NCBI RefSeq assembly: GCF_046972725.1
Contig: NZ_JBKVXF010000003.1
Coordinates: forward strand, 281,735-345,734
Length of the DNA: 64,000 nucleotides
Direction of reading: 5' to 3'
DNA from: Lacrimispora sp.
GTDB taxonomy: Bacteria > Bacillota > Clostridia > Lachnospirales > Lachnospiraceae
Shown here: piece after piece, positions 1-10,009 of the stretch
Numbering within the stretch: the stretch's first letter is position 1
Layout of the letters: each line of letters opens with the position of its first letter
The notes under the pieces: generated by a model
The model's input: the letters and a program-made list of their open reading frames with translations, nothing else
The model's database searches: none
What the model was told of the DNA's origin: nothing
Position numbers and translations under genes: made by a program

Positions 1-416
1 TGGTTATTTTTGCAGTATTAGTTCTTTCTGGAAAAGGACTTAATCCTATAGCGCTTTTATATCTACCTATTATTATGATTGTGGAGTATATACTTTCTTT
101 GAGTGTGGCTTTGATTTCTTCTGCTATAACAGTATATTTAAGGGATGTGGAGTATATTCTCGGAATTGTTACTATGGCATGGCAGTTTCTAACTCCAGTC
201 ATGTATTCTGTTGATATGGTTCCAGAGAAATTTCGTACAATATTTAATTTGAATCCTATGACACCTATAATAGTTGCTTATCGCGATATTTTATATTATA
301 AAAAAGCACCAGAAATAGAAACTTTAGCACATGCATGGTTTTTAGGATTGGCATTGTTATTAATTGGATTGGTGACATTTTCCAAACTAAAAAGACATTT
401 TGCGGAGGAACTATAA
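1..416 (+). CDS. ABC-2 type polysaccharide exporter permease (Wzm/TagG-like), C-terminal part; 5' end lies outside the window
   Basis: The frame is open from base 3 to TAA 414-416. The tail is hydrophobic and multi-TM (LNPMTPIIVAYRDILYY, LGLALLLIGLVTF). The stop overlaps the start of the next ABC ATPase gene (TAATG). Confidence 0.8.
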   Translation, partial: VIFAVLVLSGKGLNPIALLYLPIIMIVEYILSLSVALISSAITVYLRDVEYILGIVTMAWQFLTPVMYSVDMVPEKFRTIFNLNPMTPIIVAYRDILYYKKAPEIETLAHAWFLGLALLLIGLVTFSKLKRHFAEEL

Positions 417-1705
417 TGAAACCAGAGAATGCAATTGAAGTACATGATATAACAAAGAAATTTAAAATATACATGGATAAAGGAAGAACCTTAAAAGAAA
501 TAGCTTTATTTAGTAAACGTAGAAGATATGAGGAACGTGAAGTACTAAAGGGAATAAGCTTTGAGGTGAAGAAAGGAGAAGCAGTTGGCTTAATTGGTCA
601 TAATGGTTGCGGAAAGAGTACAACACTAAAGCTACTAACAAAAATCATGTACCCTGATTCGGGAAGCATTGAGATGAAGGGGAGAGTATCTAGTCTGATT
701 GAGCTTGGCGCTGGTTTTCATCCTGATATGAGTGGAAGGCAGAATATATATACGAATGCTTCTATATTTGGTTTGACAAGGAAAGAAATTGATGATAGGT
801 TAAATGATATTATAGCTTTTTCCGAACTAGAAGAATTTATTGATAACCCAGTAAGAACTTATTCGTCAGGAATGTATATGAGACTGGCATTTTCAGTTGC
901 GATAAATGTTGATGCGGATATTTTGTTAATTGATGAGATTCTTGCGGTGGGAGATACTAATTTTCAAGCTAAGTGCTTTAATAAATTGAGAGAAATAAAG
1001 GCAAATGGAACGACTATTGTAATTGTATCTCATTCATTAGGACAAATTGAACAAATTTGTGAGCGGAGTATTTGGATACAGGATGGTAGAGTGGTACAGG
1101 CTGGAATTTCGAGAGATGTACACTTTGCATATATGGATTTTATGGGAAAAAAGAGGAACGATACTATAGAGATAAAAGAATTAGATTTAGAAGAAAAATT
1201 TCGAAATAAAAATAAAGAAAAAGAAATGAATAAGAGTGAAATTCTTGAGAATAAGAAACAAAGATGGGGAAATGGATATGCAAGAATTGTGAAAATTAAT
1301 AGTTATGATAAAGAACATTCTTTAAAGAATGTTTTTTGCACTGGGGAAGATATTAGTATAAGAATAGAGTATGAAGTTAAAAAAAAGGTTAAAAAAGCAG
1401 TTTTTGGTATTGGTATCTACAGAAGTGATGGGGTGCATTGTTATGGGACTAATACGTGGATTGATAACATGGCAGAATTTGATTTGGAAAAAAAGGGTTG
1501 CTTTGAAATTTTACTTTCTCAAGTTCCATTATTACCTGGGGAATATATTATCGATCTTGCAATTGAAAGTGATATGGGAACGCCTGTTGATTATTTTAAA
1601 GCAGCACATAAAATTCAAATATATTCTGTTTTGAGTGATGTTGGAATCTTTCGAATTAATCATGCTTGGAATATGTTGGAGGAAGAGAATGCAAAAAGAT
1701 ATTGA
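416..1705 (+). CDS. Polysaccharide ABC transporter ATP-binding protein (Wzt/TagH-like) with extra C-terminal glycan-binding-type domain
   Basis: Walker A GHNGCGKST, signature YSSGMYMRL and Walker B ILLIDE are present. I moved the start to ATG 416 (MKPENAIEV) because the 335 start lies inside the permease gene. About 200 residues follow the NBD (QRWGNGYARIV...YGTNTW...LLPGEYIIDL) and resemble the Wzt C-terminal beta-sandwich. Confidence 0.85.
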   Translation: MKPENAIEVHDITKKFKIYMDKGRTLKEIALFSKRRRYEEREVLKGISFEVKKGEAVGLIGHNGCGKSTTLKLLTKIMYPDSGSIEMKGRVSSLIELGAGFHPDMSGRQNIYTNASIFGLTRKEIDDRLNDIIAFSELEEFIDNPVRTYSSGMYMRLAFSVAINVDADILLIDEILAVGDTNFQAKCFNKLREIKANGTTIVIVSHSLGQIEQICERSIWIQDGRVVQAGISRDVHFAYMDFMGKKRNDTIEIKELDLEEKFRNKNKEKEMNKSEILENKKQRWGNGYARIVKINSYDKEHSLKNVFCTGEDISIRIEYEVKKKVKKAVFGIGIYRSDGVHCYGTNTWIDNMAEFDLEKKGCFEILLSQVPLLPGEYIIDLAIESDMGTPVDYFKAAHKIQIYSVLSDVGIFRINHAWNMLEEENAKRY

Positions 1706-2750
1706 AGGTTTCCTTGAATATAAAAAAACACTAGAAAATCTTTTGGAAAATTTAGAAGCTGTTAAAGTTAAAGAAAATAATGAGGTTATAGGTTTTAATT
1801 CTAATAAGTGTTTTATTAATAAATTTTTTATTTTTATCTCACATAAATTACTTATGCCATGGAGGGGAAGGTGGAAAAATAATAATGATATTATTGAGAT
1901 ATTAGAAAAACTGGTTCAGACAGATTATGAAATAATAGATTCAATGATACAACAATTTTATAAAATGAAATTGGAACTAGATTTTCTTCAAAAAGAAAAA
2001 ATAGAACAAGATGCTGTTTTAAAGTATGTCAAAAATAGATTAAACATTTCTTCTGATTTAAAGCTTTTGGAACAAGGGGAAATAGATTATTTTGATTTTG
2101 AAAATAAGTTTAGAGGAAGTAGGGAAGTAATTAAAGTTAGTCAAAGAGAATATGTTAAATTTTATACTAAGTTTGATTCTGGGAACGTTTTGGAAATTGG
2201 CAGTGGACGAGGAGAGTTTTTAGAATTATTGAAAGAAAATGGTGTAAAAGCTGTAGGGATTGATAATTATCAGCCTTTTGTAGATTACTGTAATAATATG
2301 GGACTTCATGTGGTGTATGGAGATGCCCTTTCATATTTAAATAGCTTAGAAGATGATTCTTTAAATGGGATCTTTATGTCTCAAGTTATCGAACATTTAT
2401 CTACCGATTATGCAATTTCTTTAATTAAAAAAGCATACGAAAAAATGAAAAAGGGAAGTTACTTTATAATGGAAACGCCAAATTCTCAAAATTTAAGTAC
2501 GTATTGGAATTTTTATTTGGATGCATCACATATAAAGCCCACTCACATTCTTACTGCAGAATATTGGTTTACAATAGCGGGATTTGAAGAAATAGAAAGA
2601 TATTATAATCCATTTTCAAAAACTCCATTTCAGATACCTGAAGTAATTAGTAATTGTATAGAAAATTTAGAAGATGTTAATCAAAGCATAAAGAAAATCA
2701 ATGATAATATTTTTGGATATTGCGATTACACTTTAATTGTGAGAAAATAA
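1689..2750 (+). CDS. Class I SAM-dependent methyltransferase with N-terminal coiled-coil, O-antigen chain-terminating type
   Basis: SAM-binding motif VLEIGSGRGEFL, and FENKFRGSREVIK as I recall from chain-terminating methyltransferases. The N-terminal 150 aa are heptad-rich. ATG 1689 follows GGAGGAAGAG and overlaps the wzt end by 17 nt. Confidence 0.75.
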   Translation: MQKDIEGFLEYKKTLENLLENLEAVKVKENNEVIGFNSNKCFINKFFIFISHKLLMPWRGRWKNNNDIIEILEKLVQTDYEIIDSMIQQFYKMKLELDFLQKEKIEQDAVLKYVKNRLNISSDLKLLEQGEIDYFDFENKFRGSREVIKVSQREYVKFYTKFDSGNVLEIGSGRGEFLELLKENGVKAVGIDNYQPFVDYCNNMGLHVVYGDALSYLNSLEDDSLNGIFMSQVIEHLSTDYAISLIKKAYEKMKKGSYFIMETPNSQNLSTYWNFYLDASHIKPTHILTAEYWFTIAGFEEIERYYNPFSKTPFQIPEVISNCIENLEDVNQSIKKINDNIFGYCDYTLIVRK

Positions 2751-2818
2751 AATTATATTGTTACTTTTTAAGAGAGGAAAGCCAAACCATATCTTAATGG
2801 AAAGGTACAGGGGAGAAT

Positions 2819-3184
2819 ATGCAAGATAATGGAATTGATGTAAAAAAAATAATGGAAGAGATACGAAAAGAGATACAAGAAAGAGGTTATAATAAAAGTA
2901 TATTAAGTTTTTCGGATGTAGTTATTGAAAAAGTAGAGGAGAAAAATAAGTTTTTATTAAGTGAATGGAAACATAATTTATACATGGCTAATTTAAGTGC
3001 TAATAATTCTTCTTGTAATAATAGTGTGGGAATAAAAAAGGTGTTAAAAAGGATTGTACGGAAAGGATATTATATTATATTTCGCCCAATAATTAATGAT
3101 CAAAAGTTATTCAATTCATATGTTGTTAATTGTTTGAATCAAATCGATAATTATATGGCTAATCAAAAAGATGAAAGCAACTAG
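2819..3184 (+). CDS. Hypothetical small protein (121 aa) of the glycan cluster
   Basis: The ORF is preceded by GGGGAG. It has a charged helical N-terminus (IMEEIRKEIQERG) and a segment (IFRPIINDQKLFNSYVVNCLNQ) resembling the helical part of the neighbouring methyltransferase. No catalytic motif was seen. Confidence 0.5.
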   Translation: MQDNGIDVKKIMEEIRKEIQERGYNKSILSFSDVVIEKVEEKNKFLLSEWKHNLYMANLSANNSSCNNSVGIKKVLKRIVRKGYYIIFRPIINDQKLFNSYVVNCLNQIDNYMANQKDESN

Positions 3185-3197
3185 GAGTAAAGAAAGA

Positions 3198-4274
3198 ATG
3201 ATGAGGATTATTCAGTTATTACCTACGATTTCATATGGAGACGCTGTAAGTAATGATGTATTAGCCATTAAAAATTTATTAATTGAAAGTGGTTATTCAA
3301 CAGAAGTTTATGCGGAAAATATTGATAAAAGATTGTCTCCTACTATTGTGAATCCAATCAAAAAATTAAAAAAGGTTACTAAAAATGATATAATCATTTA
3401 TCATTTATCTACAGGAACGAAACTTAATTATAAGATAAAAACTTTTTCAGCGAGAAAAATTGTTATATACCATAATATTACTCCTTCCCATTTTTTTTGT
3501 GGATATAGTTCTGAACTTGAACAATTATGCAGAGAAGGATTAAAAGAAACAGAATATTTAAATGATAAAGTTGAATATGTATTAGCTGATTCGTCATTTA
3601 ATAAAGAAGAATTGATAAAAATGGGATATAAGATGAATATTGATGTTTTACCTATTATTATTCCTTTCGAAGATTATGACAAAAAGCCTAATGACAATAT
3701 TCTGAATAAATATAAAGACGATGGATATATAAATATTTTATTTACTGGGAGAATGGCACCTAATAAAAAACAAGAAGACGTTATTAAAGCTTTTTATTAT
3801 TATCATAATTATATTAATAAAAAGTCAAGATTATTTTTGGTTGGATCCTGTAACGGATTAGAGAATTATGATAAACAACTAAAACGATATGTGAAACTTT
3901 TAGAATTAGATGGTGTAATATTTACAGGACATGTCAAATTTGATGAGATTTTAGCTTACTATAAAATTGCAGATTTGTTTTTGTGTATGAGCGAGCATGA
4001 AGGGTTTTGTGTTCCTCTCGTAGAAGCCATGTATTTTGAAATCCCGATTATTGCTTATGATAATTGTGCAATTGGAGAAACGTTAGGAGGGGGGGGGATA
4101 TTATTAAAAGAAAAGGATCCGATAATTACGGCTGAATTAATTAATAAAATTATGAAGGATACTGATTTAAAAAGTAGAATTATTATGAATCAAAAAGAAA
4201 GATTAGAATATTTTTCAAATAAAAGAGTAGAAAAATTATTTATGAACTATTTGAAAGAATTTATAGGGGATTGA
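3198..4274 (+). CDS. GT-B fold glycosyltransferase (GT4-like)
   Basis: The N-terminus MRIIQLLPTISYGDAVSN is typical of GT4. The C-terminal E-X7-E region is EHEGFCVPLVEAMYFEIPIIAY. Start chosen at ATG 3198, downstream of TAGGAG. Confidence 0.8.
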   Translation: MMRIIQLLPTISYGDAVSNDVLAIKNLLIESGYSTEVYAENIDKRLSPTIVNPIKKLKKVTKNDIIIYHLSTGTKLNYKIKTFSARKIVIYHNITPSHFFCGYSSELEQLCREGLKETEYLNDKVEYVLADSSFNKEELIKMGYKMNIDVLPIIIPFEDYDKKPNDNILNKYKDDGYINILFTGRMAPNKKQEDVIKAFYYYHNYINKKSRLFLVGSCNGLENYDKQLKRYVKLLELDGVIFTGHVKFDEILAYYKIADLFLCMSEHEGFCVPLVEAMYFEIPIIAYDNCAIGETLGGGGILLKEKDPIITAELINKIMKDTDLKSRIIMNQKERLEYFSNKRVEKLFMNYLKEFIGD

Positions 4275-4275
4275 A

Positions 4276-5475
4276 ATGAAACGTAAAGTTTGTTTTGTAG
4301 TTCAGCGTTATGGCTTGGAAGTTAATGGGGGAGCAGAGCTTCATTGTAGGCAAATTGCAGAACATATAAAAGAAAGTGTTGAACTTGAAGTCATTACAAC
4401 GAAGGCTATTGATTATATGTCATGGAAAGATGAATACGTACATAAATTGGAATATATTAATGGTGTAATGGTAAGACGTTTTTCAGTTAAATGTCAGCGG
4501 AATCAAAAAGAGTTTGATGAAATTAATGGACGATTTTTATATCAGGGTTTAACGGAAGATGAAGAAAAAGATTGGATGGAAAAACAGGGTCCACTAGTAC
4601 CGGATTTATTGAATTATATAATTGAAAACAGAAATAAATATGATGTATTTGTATTTTTCACATATCTTTATTATCAAACTATTTTTGGACTTGAATTTGT
4701 TAAAGATAAAGCTATATTAGTTCCAGATGCGCATGATGAACCTTTTTTAAAAATGAATATAGTTAATAGATTATTCCAATCTCCCCGAGCAATTTTTTAT
4801 AATACTATTGAAGAAAAAAAATTAGTAAATGAAAAATTTAAAAATAGTAATATAAAAAGTGACATTGGGGGTGCTGGGATTGAAATTCCCAATAAGGTTG
4901 ATTCAAAACAGTTTAAGGATAAATATCAATTAGACGAATACATCATTTATGTTGGTCGAATAGATGAAGGAAAAAACTGTCATGAGCTATTTTGCTATTT
5001 TAACGAATATAAAAAAAGGAATTTGAATAATGTTAAATTGGTTTTGATGGGAAAAAGTGTAATTAATGTGCCAGAAAGAGAAGATATTTTAGATTTGGGA
5101 TATGTTAGCGACGAAGAGAAGTTTAATGGTATTAGTGGCGCAAAATTATTGATATTGCCATCAAAATTTGAAAGTTTATCTATAGTGGTTCTGGAAGCTA
5201 TGGCTTTAGGAATTCCTGTTTTGGTTAATGAGTGGTGTGATGTATTAAAAGGTCATTGTATTAAAAGTAATGCAGGCCTTTATTACAATAATTATTTTGA
5301 GTTTGAGGGCAGTTTGAATTTTCTTTTAAAACATTCAGAAATTGCACGTAATATGGGGATTAATGGAAGAAAGTATGTTGCAGATAACTATCAATGGAAT
5401 ATTATTATAAGTAAATTAACAAAGCTTATAAACTATATATCAGAGCTGAATGAACATAGTACTGAAAGGGAGTGA
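4276..5475 (+). CDS. GT-B fold glycosyltransferase (GT4-like), paralogue A
   Basis: VCFVVQRYGLEVNGGAE and ESLSIVVLEAMALGIPVLV are present. It shares long collinear motifs with the next gene. Confidence 0.8.
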   Translation: MKRKVCFVVQRYGLEVNGGAELHCRQIAEHIKESVELEVITTKAIDYMSWKDEYVHKLEYINGVMVRRFSVKCQRNQKEFDEINGRFLYQGLTEDEEKDWMEKQGPLVPDLLNYIIENRNKYDVFVFFTYLYYQTIFGLEFVKDKAILVPDAHDEPFLKMNIVNRLFQSPRAIFYNTIEEKKLVNEKFKNSNIKSDIGGAGIEIPNKVDSKQFKDKYQLDEYIIYVGRIDEGKNCHELFCYFNEYKKRNLNNVKLVLMGKSVINVPEREDILDLGYVSDEEKFNGISGAKLLILPSKFESLSIVVLEAMALGIPVLVNEWCDVLKGHCIKSNAGLYYNNYFEFEGSLNFLLKHSEIARNMGINGRKYVADNYQWNIIISKLTKLINYISELNEHSTERE

Positions 5476-5479
5476 TAGT

Positions 5480-6655
5480 ATGCAGAAAATTGCTTTTGTA
5501 CCTCCTTGGTTTGGTGAAAATATACCAGGAGGTGCTGAAATGGAACTTAGAGGTCTGGCAACACACCTTCATGAAGCCAATATTGATGTTGAGGTAATTA
5601 CAACTTGTGTAAAGGATTTTAATAGTGATTGGAATCAAAATTATTATAAGCAAGGTATAGAATTTGTATATGATATACCAGTAAGACGTTTTCCTGTAAG
5701 AAAAAGAAATGTTAGATTATTTGATCAAGTTAACTACAAATTGATGAATCAAATAGAGATAAGTAAAGCGGAAGAAAAAACATATATAGAAGAAATGATA
5801 AACTCTCCAGAAATGTACCGATATATTAATGAAAACAGTAATAAATATGATGCATTTATTTATATTCCGTATATGTTTGGAACCACATATTATGGTTGCA
5901 AGGCATGTCCAGAGAAAGCTATTTTAATTCCATGTTTTCATGATGAGAGTTATTTGTACTTAGATATATATAAAGATGTATTTGAGCATATTAAAGGGAT
6001 TATTTATCATGCTCAACCTGAATATGATTTAGCAAATAGAGTATTCAATTTTAAAAATGTGAAACAAGCAGTTTTAGGTGAAGGCGTTTATACGGATGTT
6101 AAAGGTAGTGAAACGGCTTTTAGAAAAAAGTATAATATAAATAGTCCGTTTATTGTGTATGCAGGCCGTAAAGATAAAGGAAAAAATGTTGATACATTAG
6201 TGCAATATTTTAATGAATATAAGAAAAGAAATATAAATGAACTTAAACTTATTTTAATTGGTGGTGGAGAAATTGAGATTTCTAAAGATATAAGATCGGA
6301 TGTTATTGATTTAGGATTTGTAAGTATGCAGGAGAAATATGATGCTTTTACTGCCTCACTATGTTTATGTCAACCTTCTAAGAATGAAAGTTTTTCCTTA
6401 GTTATTATGGAAAGCTGGTTATGTAGTCGTCCGATTATTGTACATCAAGATTGTAATGTTACCAGTTATTTTGCGGAACAAGCAGAGGGAGGATTGTATT
6501 TTAAAGATTATTTTGAATTTGAAGGCTGTGTAAATTATTTGATAGACAATGTAGAAAAAGCGAATAGTATGGGAGAAAATGGGAGAAAATTTGTGTTGGA
6601 GAATTATTCTTGGGAAGTGATAACAAAAAAGTATTTGGATTTTATTAAAAGTTAA
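5480..6655 (+). CDS. GT-B fold glycosyltransferase (GT4-like), paralogue B
   Basis: IAFVPPWFGENIPGGAE and ESFSLVIMESWLCSRPIIV are present. YAGRKDKGKNVDTLVQYFNEYKKRN and YFEFEGCVNYLI mirror the previous gene. Start at ATG 5480. Confidence 0.8.
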   Translation: MQKIAFVPPWFGENIPGGAEMELRGLATHLHEANIDVEVITTCVKDFNSDWNQNYYKQGIEFVYDIPVRRFPVRKRNVRLFDQVNYKLMNQIEISKAEEKTYIEEMINSPEMYRYINENSNKYDAFIYIPYMFGTTYYGCKACPEKAILIPCFHDESYLYLDIYKDVFEHIKGIIYHAQPEYDLANRVFNFKNVKQAVLGEGVYTDVKGSETAFRKKYNINSPFIVYAGRKDKGKNVDTLVQYFNEYKKRNINELKLILIGGGEIEISKDIRSDVIDLGFVSMQEKYDAFTASLCLCQPSKNESFSLVIMESWLCSRPIIVHQDCNVTSYFAEQAEGGLYFKDYFEFEGCVNYLIDNVEKANSMGENGRKFVLENYSWEVITKKYLDFIKS

Positions 6656-6743
6656 TTTACTCAATTTTCCCAACCCATGTTTTCAAAAAGAGACTATATA
6701 AATGTGAACCAAGTGTCATAAGAAATGAGAGAGAGGAAATAAA

Positions 6744-7451
6744 ATGGATATTTTGTATGTGGTTATGCCTGCTTATAATGAAGAGGAGAATATTGAGGAG
6801 ACTGTTAAGTCATGGTATACAGTATTAGAGGGAAAGAACGAAAAGTCGAGATTAGTTATTGCAGATAGTGGAAGTCTTGATTTAACACATGATATTTTGC
6901 TTAGACTACAAAAAAAATTTCCGAGATTAGTTATTCTGTCAGATACAGGAAAACAGCATGGACCCAAAGTGATTGCTCTTTATGATTATTCAATTAAAGA
7001 GGGGGCAGATTATATTTTTCAGACAGATTCTGATGGACAGACAAATCCTGATGAGTTTATCGCGTTTTGGAATATGAGAAATCATTATGATGGTATATTT
7101 GGTAAACGTGTTGTTAGAGGTGATGGGAAATCAAGAGCCTTTGTAGAACATGTTGTATGCTTTTTGCTTAAAATATATTTTGGAGTAAAAATTCCGGATG
7201 CGAATGCACCGTTTCGTTTGATGAAGGCCAATATCGTAAAGAAGTATTTGTACAAGATGCCATCAACTTATAATTTGCCTAATATTATGATGACTACATA
7301 CTTTGCATATTACAAAGAAAAGATGACATTTAAGACAATTACCTTTAAACCTCGTCAGGGCGGAGTTAATTCAATTAATATTCCTAAAATTTTGAAAATA
7401 GGCTGGAAATCTTTAGGAGATTTCAAATTACTTAAGAAGGGAATAAAATAG
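6744..7451 (+). CDS. GT2 family glycosyltransferase, short DPM1/GtrB-like form without C-terminal TM segments
   Basis: LYVVMPAYNEEENIEETV and QTDSDGQ (DXD-like) are present. The gene sits immediately upstream of a GtrA-family gene. Confidence 0.8.
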   Translation: MDILYVVMPAYNEEENIEETVKSWYTVLEGKNEKSRLVIADSGSLDLTHDILLRLQKKFPRLVILSDTGKQHGPKVIALYDYSIKEGADYIFQTDSDGQTNPDEFIAFWNMRNHYDGIFGKRVVRGDGKSRAFVEHVVCFLLKIYFGVKIPDANAPFRLMKANIVKKYLYKMPSTYNLPNIMMTTYFAYYKEKMTFKTITFKPRQGGVNSINIPKILKIGWKSLGDFKLLKKGIK

Positions 7452-7455
7452 CAAT

Positions 7456-7914
7456 ATGGATATTAAAAAAATTTATGGTAAATACAAAGATATAATGCCA
7501 TATTTGCTTTTGGGAATTTGTACAACACTAGTCAATGTAGTGATTTACTGGTTGATAGCACATTTGTTGAACGCTTCAACTATGCTCAGTACAATAATTT
7601 CCTGGATTGTAGCAGTTTTATTTGCTTATGTCACTAATAGAAAATGGGTTTTTTATAGTGAAGTAAAAGGAACCTGTGGAATTTTGAGAGAAATGGTTTC
7701 TTTTTTTTGTTGCAGATTAGCAACAGGTGTTTTTGACTGGGCTTGTATGTTCATTTTCGTAGAAATTTTCGTGTTGGATGATGTTTTAGTGAAACTTGTT
7801 GCTAATATAGTTGTGATTATCTTGAATTATTTGGCAAGCAAGCTTGTTATATTTAAGAAAAAAAATAAGTATAGAGAGGGAACGAAGAATGATGAGGTGA
7901 TAATGTCTAGATAA
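7456..7914 (+). CDS. GtrA family membrane protein (polyprenyl-phosphate-sugar translocation family)
   Basis: Four predicted TM helices and the VTNRKWVF motif typical of GtrA-like proteins. It lies 4 nt after the GT2 gene. Confidence 0.8.
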   Translation: MDIKKIYGKYKDIMPYLLLGICTTLVNVVIYWLIAHLLNASTMLSTIISWIVAVLFAYVTNRKWVFYSEVKGTCGILREMVSFFCCRLATGVFDWACMFIFVEIFVLDDVLVKLVANIVVIILNYLASKLVIFKKKNKYREGTKNDEVIMSR

Positions 7915-7938
7915 CGATGATTAGTCATTTAAAATGAA

Positions 7939-8280
7939 GCAGATTATATTTTTAAGATTGATCCCAATGGGCTGATAAAGTGAATAGATTTTAAAGTGTT
8001 TTGGAAAATAAGAACGGAATGCAATGCAGTTATCAGAAAATGTGCTGCTCGTGGAGATTGAAGAGCATATGTGGAGCGTATCGTATGCTTTCTTTTGCAC
8101 TTGTAATTTTGTGTTAAGATACCTGATATAAATGCTCCATTTTCTGATTTAAAAAAATGAAATTTGTTGATATTTCTTTTAGACTAAGACAAGGAGATGT
8201 GAATTTAATAAATGTTCCCCGAATTGTTAAAATTGGCCAGTAGGCACTTTAAGATTTTTGGGTGATTAATAAAGAAATAC
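7939..8280 (+). pseudogene. Decayed, 5'-truncated copy of the GT2 gene at 6744-7451
   Basis: My own translation gives ADYIFKIDPNG..FWKIR..ARGD*RAYVERIVCFLL..VKIPDINAPF..FRLRQGDVNLINVPRIVKIGQ*. This is collinear with ADYIFQTDSDG..FWNMR..VRGDGKSRAFVEHVVCFLL..VKIPDANAPF..FKPRQGGVNSINIPKILKIGW, but it carries stops and deletions. Confidence 0.75.
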
Positions 8281-8297
8281 GTGATTAATATGAATAT

Positions 8298-8690
8298 ATG
8301 AAAGTTATATTAAAAATAAAAGGATATTATTCCCTATTTATTTTCGGTGCTTGCATAACGGTAGTGCATATAGTTGTATATTGGGTGATGGATCATCTGT
8401 TAGGGGCAAGCACAATGGTTAGTACTATTATTGTCTGTGCGATAGCAGTATTCTTTGTCTATGTGATAAATTGAAAAAAGGTTTTTCAAAGTGCGGCTTC
8501 AACTAAAAAAGTACTTATGCACGAACCCATTTCATTCTTTGCATGCAGAACGGGCTAAGGAATAGTAGATTGGCTGTGTATGTGGGGGAGAAAGACTGCT
8601 TATCAATGTTATGGTCGTGAAAATAGTGGCAAATGTCTTGGGCATTATACCTAATCATGTTGCAAGCAAACTTCTGACTTAAAAAAATAT
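8298..8690 (+). pseudogene. Decayed copy of the GtrA-family gene at 7456-7914
   Basis: Translation gives MKVILKIKGYYSLFIFGACITVVHIVVYWVMDHLLGASTMVSTIIVCAIAVFFVYVIN*KKVF. It parallels LLLGICTTLVNVVIYWLIAHLLNASTMLSTIISWIVAVLFAYVTNRKWVF and has several in-frame stops. Confidence 0.75.
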
Positions 8691-8840
8691 AAGTGCAGTT
8701 ATTAAAGGAGACCAGCTATGAAAAGTCAATCATAAATTAGCAAAAAATTCTATTTCGTATCGATGGTAAAATAGGGTAACTTTAATAGAGCTCCCTGAGG
8801 GTGCTTTTTCAAAATCTATCGATATTGGTATACAGACCTC

Positions 8841-10004
8841 TTATTCGAGGTTAAATTCAACTTCGTCAGTGAGCATCTTCCAGATGATTCTGACTAACTT
8901 GCCGGAACAGTGCCCAAGGGCATTATAGTGAGTTCGGCCTTCTGCCCTCTTGGCATCATAATAAGCCTTGAAGGTGTCGTTGTTTCTTACAACGTTCCAA
9001 GCTGCATTTACTAAGGCATATCGCAGTACACGAGAGCCACGTTTGGACATACGAGTTCGTTTAGCCTGAAAGTTTCCAGACTGATATACGGACGGATCTA
9101 AACCAGCAAAAGCAAGCAGCTTGTTAGGACTTAAGAAACGGTGAATATCACCTATTTCACCAAGAATCATTCCGCCATTTATGTATCCGATACCAGGAAT
9201 GGTCATGATGACTGATTCATTGAAATTCATGATGTCCGTCATCTCTGCTTCAATCTTATTTAATTGGCTATCCAGTAACTCGATTTGTTGAATGGTCTGG
9301 GTTATCTGAATAGATATAGCGCTGTCGTTTGCACCGACAGACTTCTGTGCCAGAACTCTTAATTCTTTGGCCTGCTCCTTTGTAAAGTGACCATGAGACT
9401 TCACTTTGAGCAGATTTGCCAGATGAGTCATATGCATGGAAGCAATCTTGTTAGGAGAAGGTGCTTCATTAAGAAGGGCATAGACAGCATTCTGATGCAG
9501 ACCGGATTTAAAGAAGTATTGCAATTCCGGGAAGACCTGATCAACATAGGTTGTCAGTTGGATTTTAAGGCGGGTTCGCTGTTTTATCGTTTTCTGGCGA
9601 AAGCGTCCAAGAGCTTTTAAGTCCATCAGATCAAGATCATAGAAGCTGACGAACCGTAAGGAATCCTGCATCATTAGAGTTTTAGCAATAACGTAAGTGT
9701 CGACCTTATCTGTCTTAGTTTTGCGAATGTTGTTCTTTCGCATCTGAGACGTCTTAATAGGGTTGAGAACACACACTTTGTAAAGATTGGCAACAAGGTA
9801 TCGAACAAGGTTGTCACCGTAGTGTGCCGTGGACTCAAGACCGATGATGGTGCTGTCCTTATCGAATGATTCGATTTTGGAAATCAGCAGTTGGAAGCCA
9901 TCAGCGTCATTAGTGAATTTGAACGGCTCAATGAGTATCTCGCCCTCCGAAGAAACGGCAGCGGCGAAATGGTTAAGTTTGGCAATATCAATACCAACGT
10001 AAAT
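8841..10004 (-). CDS. IS110 family transposase (DEDD/RuvC-like N-domain plus C-terminal Tnp domain)
   Basis: [18 protein letters not shown] is the classic IS110 start. Also present are [19 protein letters not shown], and C-terminal [22 protein letters not shown] and SGNF...[14 protein letters not shown]. Start set at ATG 10004, after GGGAGG. Confidence 0.9.
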   Translation of the reverse strand: MYVGIDIAKLNHFAAAVSSEGEILIEPFKFTNDADGFQLLISKIESFDKDSTIIGLESTAHYGDNLVRYLVANLYKVCVLNPIKTSQMRKNNIRKTKTDKVDTYVIAKTLMMQDSLRFVSFYDLDLMDLKALGRFRQKTIKQRTRLKIQLTTYVDQVFPELQYFFKSGLHQNAVYALLNEAPSPNKIASMHMTHLANLLKVKSHGHFTKEQAKELRVLAQKSVGANDSAISIQITQTIQQIELLDSQLNKIEAEMTDIMNFNESVIMTIPGIGYINGGMILGEIGDIHRFLSPNKLLAFAGLDPSVYQSGNFQAKRTRMSKRGSRVLRYALVNAAWNVVRNNDTFKAYYDAKRAEGRTHYNALGHCSGKLVRIIWKMLTDEVEFNLE

Positions 10005-10009
10005 CATGA

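Noticed and set aside
335-415. N-terminal 27-codon extension of the ABC ATPase ORF (start at 335)
   Set aside because: It lies wholly inside the permease gene in another frame. The conserved ATPase N-terminus begins at ATG 416, which overlaps the permease stop.
2819-4274. Possibility that ORFs 2819-3184 and 3171-4274 are one frameshifted gene
   Set aside because: The GT4 protein has a complete, typical N-terminus starting at MRIIQLLP (ATG 3198) with its own RBS. With that start the two ORFs no longer overlap.
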